Below, piece by piece: positions 60,438-64,000 of a stretch of 64,000 nucleotides of DNA. The translations under genes and the position numbers were made by a program. The stretch covers positions 6,655 to 70,654 of the forward strand of contig JACOXN010000004.1 in the NCBI GenBank assembly GCA_016176295.1, written 5' to 3'. Origin of the DNA: Candidatus Giovannonibacteria bacterium. GTDB lineage: Bacteria > Patescibacteriota > Minisyncoccia > UBA11713 > 2-01-FULL-45-33. The notes beneath the pieces were generated by a model, which worked only from the letters and a program-made list of their open reading frames with translations, had not been told where the DNA came from and did no database searches. How positions within the stretch are numbered: position 1 is the first letter of the stretch; every line of letters begins with the position of its first letter.

Positions 60438-60572
60438 AGAAAGCTGATGATTTTCTGAACGGATTTTTCGCCATTTTTGGCCGGTCCTGAACGAAGTGAG
60501 GGCAAAAATGAGCGAAACCCTCGGAGCCCGCGCTGGCGGGCGAGAATGAGTGAAGAAATTCATCAGCTTTCT
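60438..60572. repeat. Palindromic element family B, right of xer (inverted)
   Basis: AGAAAGCTGATGA/TCATCAGCTTTCT terminal stem. Confidence 0.82.
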
Positions 60573-60635
60573 CCAAGAGACAGAAACCCCACCAGTGTGA
60601 TGGTGGGGCCGGCTTGTCGCCGTTAAACAGGAGGG

Positions 60636-60860
60636 TTACGAGTTTGTGGCTGGTTTTTTGACCGGCCATACCGGCGGATCCAAGTAAAACTCTGTCGCCG
60701 TTTCATCGCGGTCGCCAGACCCGACGACCAGCGCATCAAACTTGCGGGCTACATACATCGCCCGCCGCTGCCGATCCTCCCGCTTGCGGTCATCCTTCAA
60801 CTTTTTCTTGGCCATCCTTTTTCTCCTCGTCCGATTGCGCCCGTTTATTTTTTTAACCAA
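60636..60860 (-). CDS. Small basic hypothetical protein
   Basis: K/R-rich ORF, CAGGAG SD, terminator-like hairpin at 60584-60608. Confidence 0.5.
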   Translation of the reverse strand: MVKKINGRNRTRRKRMAKKKLKDDRKREDRQRRAMYVARKFDALVVGSGDRDETATEFYLDPPVWPVKKPATNS

Positions 60861-61043
60861 CTACTCCTGTACGATCTCGTGCGGAAAAAGATATTCTTCT
60901 CCCGCCGAACCGAAACTTACAAGAATGAGCTCGCGGCCCATGTTTTCGATGGCACGTACGAACGTGCCTTCGCGGGGGAGCATCATCCCCGTCTTTTGGG
61001 ACCGGATGGGCTTCGAGGTTTTCAAAGTATCGCCGATTTTCAT
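60861..61043 (-). CDS. Small hypothetical protein (SH3/KOW-like pattern)
   Basis: AAGGAGG SD; MKIGD...GTFV...ILVSF. Confidence 0.65.
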   Translation of the reverse strand: MKIGDTLKTSKPIRSQKTGMMLPREGTFVRAIENMGRELILVSFGSAGEEYLFPHEIVQE

Positions 61044-61067
61044 AGTTAAGCCCTCCTTTCATGGACT

Positions 61068-61340
61068 TTAATTCCAGGCCGTAGACAAAATGTTTACATC
61101 TTCCGGCCATTGCTGGCCAGTGTCTTCTTGAGCCATTATAACAATGTTGTCCGCCTCCATAGTAAAGACTACGGAGTGGTTTCCTTCTCCAACACGCACC
61201 ACAACCCGCTCCTCCTCGGCGAGCTCACCCATGAACTCAACAAGAGTGTTCGCAGGAACAAAAAAAGTTCTGCGCAAATCCTCAATGCCCAAAGGAGATA
61301 CCCTTGGGCATTGAGCGCCAGCCAATGTTTTAAAATACAT
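61068..61340 (-). CDS. Hypothetical protein
   Basis: AAGGAGG SD, 90 aa. Confidence 0.62.
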   Translation of the reverse strand: MYFKTLAGAQCPRVSPLGIEDLRRTFFVPANTLVEFMGELAEEERVVVRVGEGNHSVVFTMEADNIVIMAQEDTGQQWPEDVNILSTAWN

Positions 61341-61411
61341 AGATACCTCCTTTATCCTTCATTTTTTTATCAAGAAAACTTGCCTTTATTTCTTCATACA
61401 ACCAAGACACA

Positions 61412-61552
61412 TGAATGTCAAGATTTTATGAAGTTTGAGCATACCGCTCCCATTAGGGCGCAGGTGCCGATGTGAGTGCTATGTCTTTAAAAAATGACTA
61501 AATGCACTCTGGCGCCCACTGCCCTAATGGAAGCAGTACTTTTTATGAATCC
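61412..61552 (-). ncRNA. Candidate rod-like structured RNA or leader
   Basis: Long imperfect inverted repeat whose mismatches read as G-U on the minus strand; directly after a consensus promoter. Confidence 0.55.
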
Positions 61553-61558
61553 TTTGCT

Positions 61559-61587
61559 ATTATACTACTTTATAGCTCTGTTGTCAA
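61559..61587 (-). promoter_or_regulatory. Perfect-consensus sigma70 promoter
   Basis: TTGACA-17-TATAAT. Confidence 0.85.
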
Positions 61588-61600
61588 TAGCAAGCAAAAT

Positions 61601-62872
61601 TTAGCTGCCCGAAAGCATGTGAAGAATGGACGCCGCAGACCAGGCCTGGGTTCTGCATGAGGTTTGTCCCGAGGGGGATCTGTATTCCATATAACTATCG
61701 CTGTTCCTCAGATAGAGTTCTATGGGAGAGCCGAAGTACTTTATCGGCTTTAAAGAGGCTTTTTTAAGCTTAAAAGCTTCCAATACATATCCGAAATTGA
61801 GCAAGCCTTCATAGACGAGCCCGTTCAACATCGGCCAGAAACTGCCGTTGTGGTATGAATCCGCTCCGGAATTGTAGGTTTTGGATCTATTGCTCATGGT
61901 GCGAATGCCCGCTTCTTCATCAAAAAAATCTTCTTTGAATACGCGGAGAACCACGTCGTTCACCGTTTCGTCGCTAAAGATGCATTCAATCTTCCCGTTC
62001 TTTCTCCGATGGGCGGACCAAAGGGCCAGCAGAGGGTTTGCGGTAAGGGTATTTATCCGGATTTTGTTTCCATCTAAAGCTTGGGCTGCGAAACACAGGC
62101 CGTCGTCTTCGATCAAAAATTTTTCATTAAAAGCGCTCTTCATTTCGTCAGCCTTTTTTCCGATCATTTCGGCGAATGCGGGTTTTTTATTCTTGAAATA
62201 ACCCGCCCATTCCGTGAGTGCGAGCCATGCGAAAGCTTGTGTTTCCACGGGGGCTATCGGGTATTTTGGGAAAACCCCGTCTTGGTTTCTTAAAGATTCG
62301 TTGGAATCGGTCCATGACTGTACAGCAAGCCCGCCGAAAGTCCTTTTCGGGTCGAGTTCATACTCGACGATCCCGTCATGGTCCATGTCTCCGTAGGTCG
62401 TTATCCAGCTGATGCCTTTTTCCACAGCGGGCTCCGCGAGACGCATAAACTCTTCGTCTTTGGTGAGATTCCAGTACGTCCAGATGGCGTTCAAGGCGAG
62501 AGGTGTCGAATCCACGGAGTCGTAGTTTCTTAAAATATTGTCCGGATAGACGAACCATGGTTTTTCAAGTTTTACTAGGCGTTCGTAGCCGTCTTTCCGC
62601 AGTTCATGAATGAATTTTCCCGGCTGCTCGCCAGACTCGATATTGAATTCCTGTCCTTGGCACGAAACGAGGGCTTTCAATCCTTTTTTTGAAATATCAA
62701 AAAGTTTCGGGTCGCCGGATCTTTCGGCAACCTTCAAAAGCTTGAGAACGGTTATGGCGGTGTCCCTTCCAAAGAGACACCCGTAGACCTCTTCTTTGCC
62801 GGACGCATATATCCCTTCATCGTTGGAAAGAGAGAGGAGTGATTCGTACATTTTTGTTTTCAGTTCGTTCAT
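61601..62872 (-). CDS. Amylo-alpha-1,6-glucosidase / glycogen debranching-like hydrolase
   Basis: LFGRD, EQPGKFIHE, SVDSTPL, WTDS, SYHNGSFWP, QAWS. Confidence 0.88.
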   Translation of the reverse strand: MNELKTKMYESLLSLSNDEGIYASGKEEVYGCLFGRDTAITVLKLLKVAERSGDPKLFDISKKGLKALVSCQGQEFNIESGEQPGKFIHELRKDGYERLVKLEKPWFVYPDNILRNYDSVDSTPLALNAIWTYWNLTKDEEFMRLAEPAVEKGISWITTYGDMDHDGIVEYELDPKRTFGGLAVQSWTDSNESLRNQDGVFPKYPIAPVETQAFAWLALTEWAGYFKNKKPAFAEMIGKKADEMKSAFNEKFLIEDDGLCFAAQALDGNKIRINTLTANPLLALWSAHRRKNGKIECIFSDETVNDVVLRVFKEDFFDEEAGIRTMSNRSKTYNSGADSYHNGSFWPMLNGLVYEGLLNFGYVLEAFKLKKASLKPIKYFGSPIELYLRNSDSYMEYRSPSGQTSCRTQAWSAASILHMLSGS

Positions 62873-62911
62873 TTATTTTTCATTATTATTTTACCATACT
62901 TTCATAAACAA

Positions 62912-63997
62912 TCAAGTGCCGTTCCTTAATTTAAGCATTTGATAGTATATCTTTTCATATTTGTCAGCCATTTTTTGTGCGCTGAAGTTTTCTAAAGCGT
63001 GTCTTCGGCACTCTGACCGGCTTATTCTATCAACTTTCCCGACGGCGTCAATCATCCCGTCAACATCGCTGACGAGAAATCCGGTTTTTCCGTTCACTAT
63101 GAGTTCGGGCGCGGAACCGTTGGCGAACGCGATGACCGGGCAGCCACAGGCCTGAGCTTCTATCATCGTGAGTCCGAACGGTTCTCTCCAGATTATGGGG
63201 TTTAAAAGGCACTTTGCTCTCATCATCAGGCGGTTCCGCTCCTCCTCACTCACTTCGCCGACCCATTTTATCAGATTGTCCGACAATTTCGGCCCGACGT
63301 ATTCCTGAAAGTATTTTAAATCCGCCTCATCCAGCTTGGCCGCGATAATTAGCGGCATGTTTAGGTATTGTGCAACCTCGATGGCGAGGTGCGTACCTTT
63401 TTCCATTGATATTCTGCCGACCCACAAGAGATAGCCGTCGTGCCTTGCGGCGAACGGGTAGGATTCCATGAGGAGCCCGTTGTGGACTATGCCCGCATAA
63501 TTCAAATTAGGCGCGGAATTGTATTGTGAATAAGAAATTGCCGCCAGTTTCGGACGGTTCAGCGCGGAAAAAAGTTTTTTAACGTATGTAGTGAACGGCC
63601 CGTGCAGAGTGATGAGAGCCGGTTTGCTTGCGAGATTTGCGGTAGGCAAACTGATATGGGAGTTGTGGTCGTGAATTATGTCGAACTCGTTTTGGTTATT
63701 GTATGCCAGGCCGATGTTTAGAAGTGTGAGTTCGCCGGTTTCGAAAAGCGTCGTCAATTTCGCTTCCCGCAAAGCTCTCGGATAGACCGAGACAAGTTTT
63801 GCCGAAGTGATTGAATCGCCGGAGGCGAAGAGCGTGACTTCATGGCCTTTTCTTACCAATTCTTCCGTTAAAGCATAAACCACCCTTTCGGTGCCGCCGT
63901 AATTTTTCGGAGGGACCCTTTCAGTTATAGGAGCCACCTGTGCAATCCGTAGCTTCGGGCGCTTAAGAACTGCCCGCTTATTGGGGATTTTCTGCAT
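62912..63997 (-). CDS. GT4 family glycosyltransferase
   Basis: PPKNYGGTE, EPFGLTMIEAQACG; start may lie beyond the window edge. Confidence 0.92.
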   Translation of the reverse strand: MQKIPNKRAVLKRPKLRIAQVAPITERVPPKNYGGTERVVYALTEELVRKGHEVTLFASGDSITSAKLVSVYPRALREAKLTTLFETGELTLLNIGLAYNNQNEFDIIHDHNSHISLPTANLASKPALITLHGPFTTYVKKLFSALNRPKLAAISYSQYNSAPNLNYAGIVHNGLLMESYPFAARHDGYLLWVGRISMEKGTHLAIEVAQYLNMPLIIAAKLDEADLKYFQEYVGPKLSDNLIKWVGEVSEEERNRLMMRAKCLLNPIIWREPFGLTMIEAQACGCPVIAFANGSAPELIVNGKTGFLVSDVDGMIDAVGKVDRISRSECRRHALENFSAQKMADKYEKIYYQMLKLRNGT

Positions 63998-64000
63998 AAG

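Overview
Chromosomal window from a Candidate Phyla Radiation bacterium (Patescibacteria, probably Parcubacteria; standard genetic code). This assignment rests on the missing rpmD in the spc operon, the rpsO-NYN...pnp arrangement and mostly leaderless housekeeping genes. Core content: ligA (partial), argS, smpB plus tmRNA, infC-rpmI-rplT, znuBC, polX, a long minus-strand run (nuclease, DHH, split comEC, ndk, beta-CASP, LOG, UDG, transporters), pgk, tpiA, map, adk, secY, the S10/spc ribosomal protein cluster, tuf, pnp, rpsO and a Xer recombinase. The r-protein cluster is interrupted by a toxin-antitoxin pair and by an antisense ORFan. The most striking signals are non-coding. (1) Several families of palindromic, structured repeats occur both between genes and inserted in frame inside conserved proteins (MetAP, ComEC, Xer, PolX, possibly S10); two inverted copies of one family bracket the Xer gene. 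(2) Three promoter-driven, highly structured candidate RNAs that I cannot assign (20424-20638, 20706-20898, 61412-61552). Also present: a decayed tmRNA-targeting recombinase with an att-like repeat, a ~30-aa tmRNA tag, a cysteine-free family-4 UDG and a secreted Cys-repeat protein. All calls were made by eye; no searches or folding programs were run.
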